Shown here one piece after another: positions 18,978 to 28,629 of a stretch of 64,000 nucleotides of DNA. Position 1 is the stretch's first letter; each line of letters opens with the position of its first letter. The notes below the pieces were generated by a model that was given only the letters and a program-made list of their open reading frames with translations, was not told the origin of the DNA and ran no database searches. This stretch comes from an uncultured Erysipelotrichaceae bacterium. GTDB lineage: Bacteria > Bacillota_I > Bacilli_A > RFN20 > CAG-826. The translations under genes and the position numbers were made by a program. The stretch covers positions 2,339 to 66,338 of the forward strand of contig CAMGZU010000002.1 in the NCBI GenBank assembly GCA_946183085.1, in the 5' to 3' direction.

Positions 18978-19133
18978 TTAGGCGGCGTCGATGTGGTCTT
19001 TGTAGGCCGAGCTATTCGCCTTGCTCGTTTGATCGTTGTTCTCCCGAAGCATGGCGATGTCTTCCCCCGTCCGGTTGCTTTTTGGCAAAGGGATGGGCTT
19101 GCTCTTTTTGAACTTTTTGCGGTACGTGGCCAT
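18978..19133 (-). CDS. small basic protein (51 aa) upstream of the membrane protein; not in the ORF table
   Basis: RC translation MATYRKKFKKSKPIPLPKSNRTGEDIAMLRENNDQTSKANSSAYKDHIDAA. Preceded by AAGGGG SD. Its stop is 11 nt before the next gene's GGAGAC RBS. Confidence 0.4.
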   Translation of the reverse strand: MATYRKKFKKSKPIPLPKSNRTGEDIAMLRENNDQTSKANSSAYKDHIDAA

Positions 19134-19215
19134 AACCCCTTAAGTATAGGCGAAAATGCGCACCTAGGCACAGGAAAGGTAGAAAACGGCGGAAAAAGAG
19201 AAGAGAATAGTCAAC

Positions 19216-19767
19216 ATGAAACGCGCTTTGATTCTATTGGCGGACGGCTTCGAGCAGACCGAAGCATTGACCACCCAAGACGTCTTGCTCCGCACCCACG
19301 AAGCGGAAGTGACGCTCGCCTCGATCTCAAAAAGCTTGATGGTCGAAAGCTCCTCCCTCCTCCGCGTGGAGGCAAACGCCCTCCTCGAGGATCTTGACCT
19401 CGATGGCTTCGATTTCCTGATCCTCCCCGGCGGCAAACGGGGCGTCGAGAATCTGAAGGCAAGCGAGAGGGTGATAAAAGCCATCCGCTTCTTCAAAGGA
19501 AAAGGCAAGCACGTCCACGCCATCTGCGCCGCCCCATCGATCCTTGGGGAGCTCGGCTACCTCGATGGCTTGGATTACACCTGCTTCCCGGGCTTTGAAA
19601 AAGGCAAGGGCCACTGCCAAGACGAAGGAGCGGTCATCTGCCAAGAAACCGTCACCGGCCATTCGATGTATTACACGATCGCCTTCGCGGAGAAGATCGT
19701 CGAATTGGAGCTAGGCAAAGAAGCGCTGGAGCGCACCTATCCCGGAACCAGGGGCATTCGTAGCTAA
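19216..19767 (+). CDS. DJ-1/PfpI family protein
   Basis: Nucleophile elbow ...HAICAAP... and the overall DJ-1 fold pattern. Confidence 0.85.
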   Translation: MKRALILLADGFEQTEALTTQDVLLRTHEAEVTLASISKSLMVESSSLLRVEANALLEDLDLDGFDFLILPGGKRGVENLKASERVIKAIRFFKGKGKHVHAICAAPSILGELGYLDGLDYTCFPGFEKGKGHCQDEGAVICQETVTGHSMYYTIAFAEKIVELELGKEALERTYPGTRGIRS

Positions 19768-19780
19768 AGGAGAAACACAA

Positions 19781-20578
19781 ATGGCAAATCGAGAAGAATT
19801 CAAAGAATTCGCGGCGAAGATGAACGCGAATTCGTCCATCAAGAAAGTCATCGCCGTCATGAGCGGCAAAGGCGGCGTGGGCAAATCGCTCGTCACCGGC
19901 TTATTGGCCGTCCAAGCCCAAAGAAAGGGCAGGAAGGTCGCCATAATGGACGCCGACATCACCGGCCCATCCATCCCGACGATGTTCGGGCTTCATGAGC
20001 AGGTCTATGCTTCGGAGACCGAGATGTTCCCCGCCGAAACCAAGACGGGCATCAAAGCCATCTCGCTCAACCTTTTAAACGTCGACCCCGCCGCCCCGGT
20101 CGTCTGGCGTGGCCCAGTCGTCGCTGGGCTCATCAAGCAATTCTGGAGCGATGTCGCTTGGGGCGACGTCGATGAGATGTACGTCGATATGCCACCGGGA
20201 ACCGGCGACGTCCCCCTCACCGTCTTCCAGTCGCTTCCCGTCTCCGCGATCGTCGTGGTCACCACCCCGCAAGACCTCGTCTCCCTCATCGTTGAGAAGG
20301 CGGTCCGCATGGCCCAGATGATGAACGTCCCGATCCTCGCGATCGTCGAAAACATGTCTTACATCAAATGCCCGCACTGCTTGGAGAAGATCTATCCCTA
20401 TGGCCAAAGCGACCTCTCCATCAAAGACAAATATGGCATCCCGCTTTCCGCTAAGCTTCCGATCGATCCGCAGATCGCCAGCAAGGTCGACACGGGCGAA
20501 ATCGAGAGCTTTGAAGGCGATTTTCTCTCTGAAATCTCCGAGAAGATTGCCTTGCTTCCTTCCAACGACGAAGAGTAA
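19781..20578 (+). CDS. Mrp/ApbC/NBP35 family iron-sulfur cluster carrier ATPase
   Basis: Deviant Walker A SGKGGVGKS and the conserved CPHC motif near the C-terminus. Confidence 0.85.
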   Translation: MANREEFKEFAAKMNANSSIKKVIAVMSGKGGVGKSLVTGLLAVQAQRKGRKVAIMDADITGPSIPTMFGLHEQVYASETEMFPAETKTGIKAISLNLLNVDPAAPVVWRGPVVAGLIKQFWSDVAWGDVDEMYVDMPPGTGDVPLTVFQSLPVSAIVVVTTPQDLVSLIVEKAVRMAQMMNVPILAIVENMSYIKCPHCLEKIYPYGQSDLSIKDKYGIPLSAKLPIDPQIASKVDTGEIESFEGDFLSEISEKIALLPSNDEE

Positions 20579-20594
20579 TCAATTGGTAGATAAT

Positions 20595-20632
20595 AAGTGG
20601 GTTTTTAAGCCCACTTTTCTTTTTAAAGAAAG
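20595..20632 (+). terminator. rho-independent terminator after the mrp-like gene
   Basis: AGTGGGT-tttta-AGCCCACT hairpin with one mismatch, followed by TTTTCTTTTT. Confidence 0.6.
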
Positions 20633-20688
20633 AAGGAGGGAACAAGAAGAATCTTTCTCGCCATCAAAGCGGCCTATATAATGAGCGC

Positions 20689-21525
20689 ATGAAGAAGTCG
20701 ACCATCCTCGTCCTGTCCATCACAGGCGTTATCCTCATCGCCGCGGCAATCACAGTTCCTATCGTTTTGGCGAACCTCCCCAAAAAGGAGGAGCCCATTA
20801 TGGTCGACCCGCCCGAAATCAAAGAGAAGGGATATAAGAATAGCGCTGAGTGCTCTTTCACTTTGCCGACAAGGACCTTCTCCGATCCGAGCGAGACGAT
20901 TCCTTTTTCTTCGACGAGCGAAGATGGCTATTACCGCGTTTCGCCCGTTAAGGCGGAAGGAGAAACGCTTTCCGTTTTTAACTTAGATGGCACCATCAAT
21001 AAGACCTTAAAGAAAAGCACCGTCGATGACCCAGATACTTGGTACGTCGATTACGAAGACGTCGCCCTCTATTACCTTGGCTATCACGAACTCCCCGTGA
21101 ATCATTTCTACCACGATTTGGACGATCCGCTTTGCAAAGACAACGCCTTTAATGTGTTTGGCCAAAGCATCCGCTATTTCAGCCAAGAATATACGCGCAA
21201 TAGCGGCTATATGCGGGCTTTGCCCAAAGCGAACCGCTACTCTTATTTCGAAGTCGACGTCGATATCAACGGCGGCTACGTCAATAAAAGGGGCAACATA
21301 ACCCGCGGGGCGGGACGCCTCGTCATCATCCCCGATGGGCTTAGCCAATATAACGACGGGCCGAGCATCTTCTTCACCGATGACCACTACTCTTCCTTTT
21401 ATGAGATCACGGGCTATGCCAAATATGGAAAAGACAGCGCGGAGACCTCTTTCGTCGGGCCCAATTTCGATGGTGAGGATTCCGGCTACGGAACCTACCA
21501 AAAGCCCGTCACGGTAACGTTATAA
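20689..21525 (+). CDS. membrane-anchored barnase/binase-family guanyl-specific ribonuclease
   Basis: N-terminal signal anchor. C-terminal ~110 aa align to barnase: YHELPVNHFY ~ YHKLPDNYIT; YFEVD (catalytic Glu); ITRGAGRLVII ~ SGRTWREADINY (Arg); FTDDHYSSFYEI ~ TTDHYQTFTKI (catalytic His). Confidence 0.75.
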   Translation: MKKSTILVLSITGVILIAAAITVPIVLANLPKKEEPIMVDPPEIKEKGYKNSAECSFTLPTRTFSDPSETIPFSSTSEDGYYRVSPVKAEGETLSVFNLDGTINKTLKKSTVDDPDTWYVDYEDVALYYLGYHELPVNHFYHDLDDPLCKDNAFNVFGQSIRYFSQEYTRNSGYMRALPKANRYSYFEVDVDINGGYVNKRGNITRGAGRLVIIPDGLSQYNDGPSIFFTDDHYSSFYEITGYAKYGKDSAETSFVGPNFDGEDSGYGTYQKPVTVTL

Positions 21526-21540
21526 AAGAAAGCCGCGGTT

Positions 21541-22272
21541 TTACTTCATGCCGCGGTTTTTCTGTTGGAGAATCAATAAGATAAGGGCGAGGACGAAGAC
21601 CGTCACAAAGATGGGCACGATGGCGAATGGGGGTAGGCCAGAATAATAGACATCGACGAAAAACGGGACGATGGCGGCAAAGCCGCAATAAATGAGTGCC
21701 ATGATGACAGCAGTTAAGGCGGTCCTGGTAAATTCCGGGGTCTTTTTCAAATCCGCCAATGCGCTTGGATTCTTGTCGAGGATCGCATTGATCGCTTTTT
21801 GGTGCTTCGGGATCCGTGTCAAAAAGATGATGCCGATCACGATGATGACGACGGGGAAGATATAGCCATAACCCCCGAAGTGCAGCGTGCCCGTCTGGGC
21901 AAAACGAACGATGACGATGGCCACGCAGGCGATGCCGGCCAATAGAAACACGATGCCGGCGATCAAAGCGGTCAAGCGAGCGCCCCAATGCCGCAAAACG
22001 GGAGACGCGTTGCCAAAGACATCTCTGGCGCTGTTTCCGTTGTTCGATTCCAGATAAGTGGCGTTCTCCTGCCGGCTTTTGTCGACCATCTGCTCGGCGG
22101 GGGAACGATAATGCTCCTCTTCCTTCATCGGGTCGCCGAAATCGGCGTCGTAAGAATGATCATGCTCAATCGGATCCCGCGTCTCCTCCACTTCGGGGAG
22201 AGCTTGGCCGCACTGAGAGCAGAACTTCGCGTCATCTTGGTTGATATAACCGCATTTCTTGCAGATTTTCAT
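21541..22272 (-). CDS. zinc-ribbon domain membrane protein
   Basis: Start moved to the internal ATG giving MKICKKCGYINQDDAKFCSQCGQ (CxxC...CxxC ribbon), followed by four TM helices. A -10 TATAAT sits 9 nt upstream of this ATG. Confidence 0.6.
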   Translation of the reverse strand: MKICKKCGYINQDDAKFCSQCGQALPEVEETRDPIEHDHSYDADFGDPMKEEEHYRSPAEQMVDKSRQENATYLESNNGNSARDVFGNASPVLRHWGARLTALIAGIVFLLAGIACVAIVIVRFAQTGTLHFGGYGYIFPVVIIVIGIIFLTRIPKHQKAINAILDKNPSALADLKKTPEFTRTALTAVIMALIYCGFAAIVPFFVDVYYSGLPPFAIVPIFVTVFVLALILLILQQKNRGMK

Positions 22273-22342
22273 CGCCCCGTGATTATAGCACTTGCGCGCG
22301 CATAAACAGCGTCTAAAATGTTGGCTTATTGGAGGGATTCCC

Positions 22343-23185
22343 ATGAGACAGAAACGCATCCTCACCATCCAAGACTATTCCTGCTTAGGCCGCTGCTCGA
22401 CCACGGTCGCTTTGCCGACCATCTCCTGCGCGGGCATCGAGTGTGTCGCCTTGCCGACCGCTTTGCTTAGCAACCACACGGATTATCCCTCTTGGACGTT
22501 TTTCGATCTGACCGATCAAATCAAACCCATCGCGGAGAAATGGAAAGAATTCGACCACCATTTCGACGCCATCTACACCGGCTATTTGTCCACGAAACAA
22601 GTCGGCGAAGTCATCGCGCTTTGCAAAGACTACAAAGAAAAGGACACGCTCCTCTTCGTTGACCCCGCCATGGCGGATTGGGGGAAGCTTTATGCCGGCT
22701 TTGGCCCAGAGCACGTCCTCGAGATGCGCAAACTCGTCGCCCTCGCCGATCTCACCAAGCCCAACCTCACCGAGGCCTGCTTATTGACGGGCACGCCCTA
22801 TCCAAACGAAGGGAAAGCCCCCTTCTCCTTCTATGAAGAAGTCGCAAAGAAAGTCCATGGATTGGGCGCGAAGGTCGTCATCCTATCTGGCCTGAGCTCC
22901 AAGGAAGGCAAACTTGGCTGCCTTGTCTACGATGGTAAGGAATTCTCCTTCTTTGAAGGCGACCGCGAACCAGGCTCTTATCATGGCACGGGTGACCTCT
23001 TCTCCTCCGCGCTCATCTCCGCAATCGTCTTGGGCAAGACGCTTCTTCGTTCCATCGAGATCGCCCACCGCTACATCGTCACCTCGATCCATGAGACCCT
23101 CGCCCACCACCAAGGCGGGAAAATCTATGGGCCGATGTTCGAATACGCCCTTCCGGAATTCATTTCATTGCTCCGCGAGGAATAA
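22343..23185 (+). CDS. pdxK: pyridoxal/pyridoxamine kinase (PdxK/ThiD family)
   Basis: MRQKRILTIQDYSCLGRCS... is the typical PdxY/PdxK N-terminus. C-terminal GTGD motif. RBS GGAGGG at 22331-22336. Confidence 0.8.
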   Translation: MRQKRILTIQDYSCLGRCSTTVALPTISCAGIECVALPTALLSNHTDYPSWTFFDLTDQIKPIAEKWKEFDHHFDAIYTGYLSTKQVGEVIALCKDYKEKDTLLFVDPAMADWGKLYAGFGPEHVLEMRKLVALADLTKPNLTEACLLTGTPYPNEGKAPFSFYEEVAKKVHGLGAKVVILSGLSSKEGKLGCLVYDGKEFSFFEGDREPGSYHGTGDLFSSALISAIVLGKTLLRSIEIAHRYIVTSIHETLAHHQGGKIYGPMFEYALPEFISLLREE

Positions 23186-23244
23186 CCTCTTTTAGAGGTG
23201 ATTGCCGTTGACTTTGCCATCTGTAATGGCTATTTTGAACTCGT

Positions 23245-24132
23245 ATGAAAAACTATCTTTTAAGCTGTACTTCGACCGTCGACCTCTCCAAGGAACACCT
23301 GGAAGGCCGGCAAATCCATTACATCTGCCTCCGTTATAGCCTTGGCGGCGTCGACCACCCCGACGACCTTGGCCAGACCATGCCTTTCCACGAATTCTAT
23401 ACCCGCATGGCCAAAGGCGAGATGACCAAAACCAGCCAGCCCTCGATCGGCGACTATGTCGATTATTTCGGCGGCTTGCTTGCCAAAGGATCCCAAATCA
23501 TCCACGTCTGCCTTTCCAGCGGCCTTTCGGGCGACTTTAACTCCGCCACCCTCGCCGCGGCCACCGTCATGGAGAAGCACCCCGACACCAAGATCATCGT
23601 CATCGATTCCCTCGGCGCCTCCTCGGGCTCGGGCTTATTGATGGACAAGCTTGCCGACCTCCGCGACGAAGGGATGGGCTTTGAAGAACTCGCGGCTTGG
23701 GCCAATGAGCACCGCCTCAACGTCCACCATTGGTTCTTCTCCACCGACCTCAAGTACTACGTCCGCGGCGGGCGCGTCAAACCGGTCGCCGGCCTCATCG
23801 GCAACCTCCTCCACATCTGCCCGCTCCTTAACATGGATAACGTCGGGCATTTGATTCCCAGGGCCAAGATCCATGGTTCAAAGAAAGCCGAGAAAGCGCT
23901 CGTCGACAAAATGAAGGAATTCTGCGATAACGGCTTAGAGTACGCCGACAAGGTCTTCATCTCGAACTCCGACTGCATGGAATTCGCGGAGCCAGTCGCC
24001 CGTATGATCGAAGAAACCTTCCCGCATATGAAAGGCAAAGTCCTCATCAACTCCATCGGCACCACAATCGGCGCCCACACGGGCCCCGGCACCCTCGCCC
24101 TCTTCTTCTGGGGCAAAAAACGCATCGACTAA
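23245..24132 (+). CDS. DegV family fatty-acid-binding protein
   Basis: ...TSQPS... and ...DSLGASSGSG... DegV signature blocks. Confidence 0.85.
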   Translation: MKNYLLSCTSTVDLSKEHLEGRQIHYICLRYSLGGVDHPDDLGQTMPFHEFYTRMAKGEMTKTSQPSIGDYVDYFGGLLAKGSQIIHVCLSSGLSGDFNSATLAAATVMEKHPDTKIIVIDSLGASSGSGLLMDKLADLRDEGMGFEELAAWANEHRLNVHHWFFSTDLKYYVRGGRVKPVAGLIGNLLHICPLLNMDNVGHLIPRAKIHGSKKAEKALVDKMKEFCDNGLEYADKVFISNSDCMEFAEPVARMIEETFPHMKGKVLINSIGTTIGAHTGPGTLALFFWGKKRID

Positions 24133-24137
24133 GAAAA

Positions 24138-24175
24138 TGCGAAACGTCATGATGAATCATGGCGTTTTTCTTTTT
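24138..24175 (+). terminator. rho-independent terminator after degV
   Basis: ACGTCATGA-tgaa-TCATGGCGT hairpin with one mismatch, followed by TTTTTCTTTTT. Confidence 0.55.
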
Positions 24176-24215
24176 CGTAACGCGCGTATGATAGTTAGCA
24201 AACAGCGAGGTTCTT

Positions 24216-25922
24216 ATGAAAGCGAATCCCTTATCGAGCAGCAAGCTCTATCTCTTCCTCACGGAGTTCTTGGTCGGCGTCTGCCTCATGGGCGTCGAGA
24301 TCGCGTCCAACCGCCTTTTCACCCCCTATGTCTCCGGCTCTCAGGTGGTTTTGACCATCGTGACGGTCGTCGTCATGGTGGGCATGGCCTTGGGCAATTT
24401 CTTCGGCGGGAGGCTTAGCGAAAAGAAAGGCGCCCAAACGCGACTTTATGTTTTGCTGTCGATCGCCGGGGTCTACGTCATCTTCGACGCCTTCCTGGGC
24501 CGTTATCTGATCGCCGGGGTCTCCGCCCTCTTCGCCTTATTCGTCGACGCGGGCCTCATCGTTTGGATCACCTTGACCGCCTCTTTGCTCATCTTGTTCC
24601 CGCCCATGCTTATCCTTGGCATGGTCACGCCGAACCTCGTCAAATTCGCGGTCCGCGATTCGGGATTCTCCGGCAAGATCGTCGGCCTCGTCGAAAGCAT
24701 GAACACGGTCGGCTCGATCCTTGGCACCTTGCTCCCGACCTTCGTCACCATCCCCTTCATCGGCACGCCGCTTAGCTTTGCTCTTTTCGGCATCATTTTG
24801 ATTCTCCTTGGCCTCATCTATATCCTCACCGGCGTCTTCACCTCCTTGAAAAAGAAAGAGCCCGTGGAAGGCAAAGAAGAGCCCGAAGAAAGCCCCGTTT
24901 CCAAGAAAGCGATCGTCGCCAAGCTCGTCTTGTCCTCGCTTTGCTTGTTCGCCGCGATCGGCGGGACGATCCTCGACGCCCGTAGCTCCTTCGTCTTCTG
25001 GGGCGATGGCACGGTCATCTACGAAGGGGAATCCCAATACAACTACCTCCAAGTCAAAGAGAAATATGACACGTATTACTTCTCGACCAACGTCATGTTC
25101 TCCGTCCAATCGCTCCACAAAAAGGATGGCAGTTTGACGGGCATGTATTATGACGATTGCCTGATGGCTTCTTATATGGCCAAAGAGGCGAAGAAAGACG
25201 ATAGCCCCGTCTCCGTCCTCGTCTTAGGGAATGCGACGGGAACCTATGCTTCGCTTTTGAAAGACAAGCGCCACTTCCCCTTCGCCACCGAGATCGATGG
25301 CGTCGAGATCGACCAAGCCATCATCGATTTGGGTTATCGCTATTTCGATTGCCCCAAAGACATGAATGTCTATTGCGACGATGGCCGCGCTTGGCTCCAC
25401 AAAGCCAAAAAGAAATACGACGTGATCATGGTCGACGCCTACTCCTCCATCTCCGCCCCTTTCCAGATGACGACGGTCGAATTCTTCGAGGAGGTCAAAA
25501 GCCACCTCAACCCGATGGGCGTGGTCGCGATGAGCATCAACATGGTCAGCGAAGGGCGCGATTCGGTGAACGCCGCGCTTTGCGACACCGCTTCCTCGCT
25601 CTTTGGCGATGTGGCGGCTTACCGCGTCTATGGCGGAAGCAATCTTGAAGTCTTCGCCACGGTGGAAGACGGGCTCCTCGAACGGATGGAACGCTCGCTC
25701 CCCCTCGTCCAAGAGGTTGCGCTTTATTACCGCTTGAACCGCGTCGCCCAGGATTCCTATCTCGTTAGAGATGGCGGCATCCGCCTCTATGACTCCTCCG
25801 CCGACGTCGAGGTCCGCTCCATGCTTACGATCGATGGCTTGATCTTCGCCGAATTGGAGGGATTCCGAAAAGCCTTCCAAGAAGGCGGGCTTCCGGGCTT
25901 GCTGGAGTATCTATTCAACTAA
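24216..25922 (+). CDS. fused multi-TM domain / spermidine-synthase-like (PABS) protein
   Basis: N-terminal ~230 aa with about 7 TM helices. C-terminal ...VLVLGNATGTYA...VEIDQAIIDLG...DVIMVDAYS... matches the spermine/spermidine synthase fold. Confidence 0.75.
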   Translation: MKANPLSSSKLYLFLTEFLVGVCLMGVEIASNRLFTPYVSGSQVVLTIVTVVVMVGMALGNFFGGRLSEKKGAQTRLYVLLSIAGVYVIFDAFLGRYLIAGVSALFALFVDAGLIVWITLTASLLILFPPMLILGMVTPNLVKFAVRDSGFSGKIVGLVESMNTVGSILGTLLPTFVTIPFIGTPLSFALFGIILILLGLIYILTGVFTSLKKKEPVEGKEEPEESPVSKKAIVAKLVLSSLCLFAAIGGTILDARSSFVFWGDGTVIYEGESQYNYLQVKEKYDTYYFSTNVMFSVQSLHKKDGSLTGMYYDDCLMASYMAKEAKKDDSPVSVLVLGNATGTYASLLKDKRHFPFATEIDGVEIDQAIIDLGYRYFDCPKDMNVYCDDGRAWLHKAKKKYDVIMVDAYSSISAPFQMTTVEFFEEVKSHLNPMGVVAMSINMVSEGRDSVNAALCDTASSLFGDVAAYRVYGGSNLEVFATVEDGLLERMERSLPLVQEVALYYRLNRVAQDSYLVRDGGIRLYDSSADVEVRSMLTIDGLIFAELEGFRKAFQEGGLPGLLEYLFN

Positions 25923-26491
25923 AGATAGGACTGCTCGAAAAAGAGATGCTCCTCTTTGGTGAGGACCATGACGCCCTCATCGAGGTATTTGTCGAGTTGC
26001 TTGACATAGGCGTCTTTGTTTTCGAAACGCTTGGTGAAGCCGCATTTTTCCGCGACTCTTCTGCAGCGGCTGTTCCATAAGAAATAACGGAGGATCAGCA
26101 CGTCATAGTTAAGAGAGGTGAAGGCTTTCTTGCAGAAGGCCTTGACGATCTCCGGCATGATGCCGATTCCCCAATAATCCTGGGACAAGACATAGCCGAT
26201 CTCCCCGACTTGGCGACCCTGGAAATATGCCTCGTCCCGCTTCAACGGGGAAATGGAGAAAGAACCAATCACGCGTTTGTTGAATTTGGAGACGATGGCG
26301 TAGGTCTTGCCCGGCCCCCGCATGGCGATCTTCTTCACGAAATAGAGGGAATCCTCTTTGCTTTGATGATGGGGCCAGCCCGCCATCTCCCCCACGCCTT
26401 CCACGGAGGCGTAAGCGAAAACGTCGTCGACGTCTTTTAAGGCGAAGCGGCGGAGGTAGACGCGATCCGTTGTCAAAAACGCGTTTGCCAT
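25919..26491 (-). CDS. GNAT family N-acetyltransferase (RimJ/RimL-like)
   Basis: 190 aa with the GNAT acetyl-CoA motif region ...IGYVLSQDYWGIGIMPE... Confidence 0.8.
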   Translation of the reverse strand: MANAFLTTDRVYLRRFALKDVDDVFAYASVEGVGEMAGWPHHQSKEDSLYFVKKIAMRGPGKTYAIVSKFNKRVIGSFSISPLKRDEAYFQGRQVGEIGYVLSQDYWGIGIMPEIVKAFCKKAFTSLNYDVLILRYFLWNSRCRRVAEKCGFTKRFENKDAYVKQLDKYLDEGVMVLTKEEHLFFEQSYL

Positions 26492-26536
26492 CTTTCTTTC
26501 ATCATAAACGCGTAAACGGGCCTTTTAAATGAGAAA

Positions 26537-27097
26537 TTAGGCGCTTTGATTGGGATTTCCCTGACCTTTTGGGCCGACGGAAAGCAAATCGATCAAATTG
26601 TTGTTGAGAAGGTCGCTGTCTTCGAGAGTGGAGATGGTGAAGAGATTCATCTCGCCAGTCGCCAAGAAAAGCGCCATCGCGGCCTGATAGGCGGTGTCGG
26701 TTTTGTCGTGGGTCGTCAGATAATGGGTGGACAAAGGGATGGGGCTATAGAAAAGCATCGCCGAGATGGCTTGGATCCGTTCAAAGGGCGAGTAGGCCAT
26801 CACCTCGATGTTCTCCTCTCGGAAGGCACGGAGATATTCGAGAAGATCTTCGATTGTGTATTGTTTTTCGATCGTCTCGCAGACGGCGAGCCTCTTCTTG
26901 TTGTTGAAGCGGAGGCACAAAGACATCACCGCGACCGCTCTGCTCCTAAGGTAGGAGAGCGTCCTTCCAAAGACCCAGAACTCGATTTCCGCCCCCGCTT
27001 CCTTGAATAAGAAAGAGATGGCGAAATCCTCCTCACGGTAGGTTTCTTTCTCGGACAAGATGACGGGTGTTCTTTGCTGCTTCTCTTCCATAATCAA
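26537..27097 (-). CDS. hypothetical protein (186 aa), last gene of the Vsr-NUDIX array
   Basis: No recognisable motifs. 4-bp overlap with the upstream 511-aa gene. Confidence 0.55.
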   Translation of the reverse strand: MIMEEKQQRTPVILSEKETYREEDFAISFLFKEAGAEIEFWVFGRTLSYLRSRAVAVMSLCLRFNNKKRLAVCETIEKQYTIEDLLEYLRAFREENIEVMAYSPFERIQAISAMLFYSPIPLSTHYLTTHDKTDTAYQAAMALFLATGEMNLFTISTLEDSDLLNNNLIDLLSVGPKGQGNPNQSA

Positions 27098-28629
27098 CCT
27101 GCCTTTGCCGCCTTCTCTATTTTCTTCTTGCCCTTCATGACGATCGGGAAGGGATCGTAATCGGTGTTGAGGTAACCAAGCTCCCGGAGGTGGCGGAGAG
27201 GCGAGACGCCGCTATTCTGATAGAAGTGCTTGACGGCTTCGAAACTCACGTAGGACTTCCTGACAAAGAGTCTTTCTTTCATTTTGGCCAACGTATCCAA
27301 AGAGTCTTTGAGGCCCACCACTTTGATGTCTTTGTCCAAAGCGTATTTCCCTTCGCCGCTTTGGATATAGGCCAAGATGCCCGGGATCTTCCTTAAGGCA
27401 GATTGCGGCAAATAGGGCTTCGAATCGAAAAGCACGTCCAAGGCCTTTTCGGGTTCGTTGTGGGCGAGATAATGATCGACCTTCGTCGTCAAATCCAACG
27501 CGTTGTAGGTGACCAAATGGGGCTCGCTGAGATCAAGGAGGGAATCTAAGACGCCATGGAAGACGAATTCGGGGCTCAGGGCATAAAGATAAGGCGAGCC
27601 ATTCACGCGGTAGGTGTCGATGGTTTTGCTTAAGATCTCGGAGGTGAAAATCGTGAGGTCGCGGATCTCGAGGTTATTGAGTCGCTCCGCCTCCCCTTTC
27701 AAGGGAGTTGGCAGGTCTTTGTAGTTATAGGCGTTTGCCAAAACAAGGTCGCGGCCAAAGGGGATATTGACCGCAAGGTATTTCTTAAGGACCGCCAGTT
27801 CTTCTTCGCCATGGCCTTTGGCGATCGGATAGAACAGGAAACGGTCGTCGAGATTCACTTCGTTTAATTGCCTTCTTGCCTCCTCCAGCTCATAGACGAA
27901 AGTCCACAAAGCCACCTGATGGAGGCTCGCTTCATAAGGATCCATGCCCTGCTTCGCAATAAGCCTCCCGATGAATTCGACCCTGCCGAAGTTCAGATGG
28001 AAGAAGTCGCCATAACGCTTCAAGCCGACGCGGCGGTAAAGGCTGATGAGCTTGATGTCCGCGCTCATGAGATCGCTCAAGAAGGGCAAAAAGAAATTGG
28101 GCGTGGCCAAGCCCTCTCGCCCCTCGGGCCAATAAAGGAAGGTGGAGCCGATCCGCTCCATCGCCAAATTGTCCCAAGGCTCGATCGCGTAGCCGAGTTC
28201 CTCAATCTTCTGAGCCAAGAAGCGGATGTTCGTGAAGGAAAGAAGCCGTTCATAAGACATGCCGTTGAGGTCGCTGTTCACCATGACGTCGAGGTCGCGG
28301 AAGATCTTGCGAAGCTTCTTGTTCCTCACCCGGCCGAAAAGGAAAGGCCCTTTGTCCAAAGAAAGAAGGACGCGGTCTTTGTTTAAGACGTCAGGGGGAT
28401 ATAGCGGCAACGGCTCCTCGCTATGGAAATTGAAACCAAAGAGATAGAGCTCTTGGAAAAGGAGCATCCCCAAAACGTCGTTATGGCGGATCTCGTCGCG
28501 GATGAGGTCAAGCGGAAATATGGTCCCGGTTTTTATCGCGATTTTGTGGGACAAGAAAAAGTAACGGGTCCGCCAGGAAAAGCGGATGTTTTCGGCGTGA
28601 TTCGGGAAAATGACCTCGTCGTTGCTCAC
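27094..28629 (-). CDS. hypothetical protein (511 aa), immediately downstream of the Vsr-NUDIX fusion gene
   Basis: Aromatic-rich and soluble, with no P-loop or other motif I can assign. Overlaps neighbours by 4 bp on each side. Confidence 0.6.
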   Translation of the reverse strand: MSNDEVIFPNHAENIRFSWRTRYFFLSHKIAIKTGTIFPLDLIRDEIRHNDVLGMLLFQELYLFGFNFHSEEPLPLYPPDVLNKDRVLLSLDKGPFLFGRVRNKKLRKIFRDLDVMVNSDLNGMSYERLLSFTNIRFLAQKIEELGYAIEPWDNLAMERIGSTFLYWPEGREGLATPNFFLPFLSDLMSADIKLISLYRRVGLKRYGDFFHLNFGRVEFIGRLIAKQGMDPYEASLHQVALWTFVYELEEARRQLNEVNLDDRFLFYPIAKGHGEEELAVLKKYLAVNIPFGRDLVLANAYNYKDLPTPLKGEAERLNNLEIRDLTIFTSEILSKTIDTYRVNGSPYLYALSPEFVFHGVLDSLLDLSEPHLVTYNALDLTTKVDHYLAHNEPEKALDVLFDSKPYLPQSALRKIPGILAYIQSGEGKYALDKDIKVVGLKDSLDTLAKMKERLFVRKSYVSFEAVKHFYQNSGVSPLRHLRELGYLNTDYDPFPIVMKGKKKIEKAAKAG

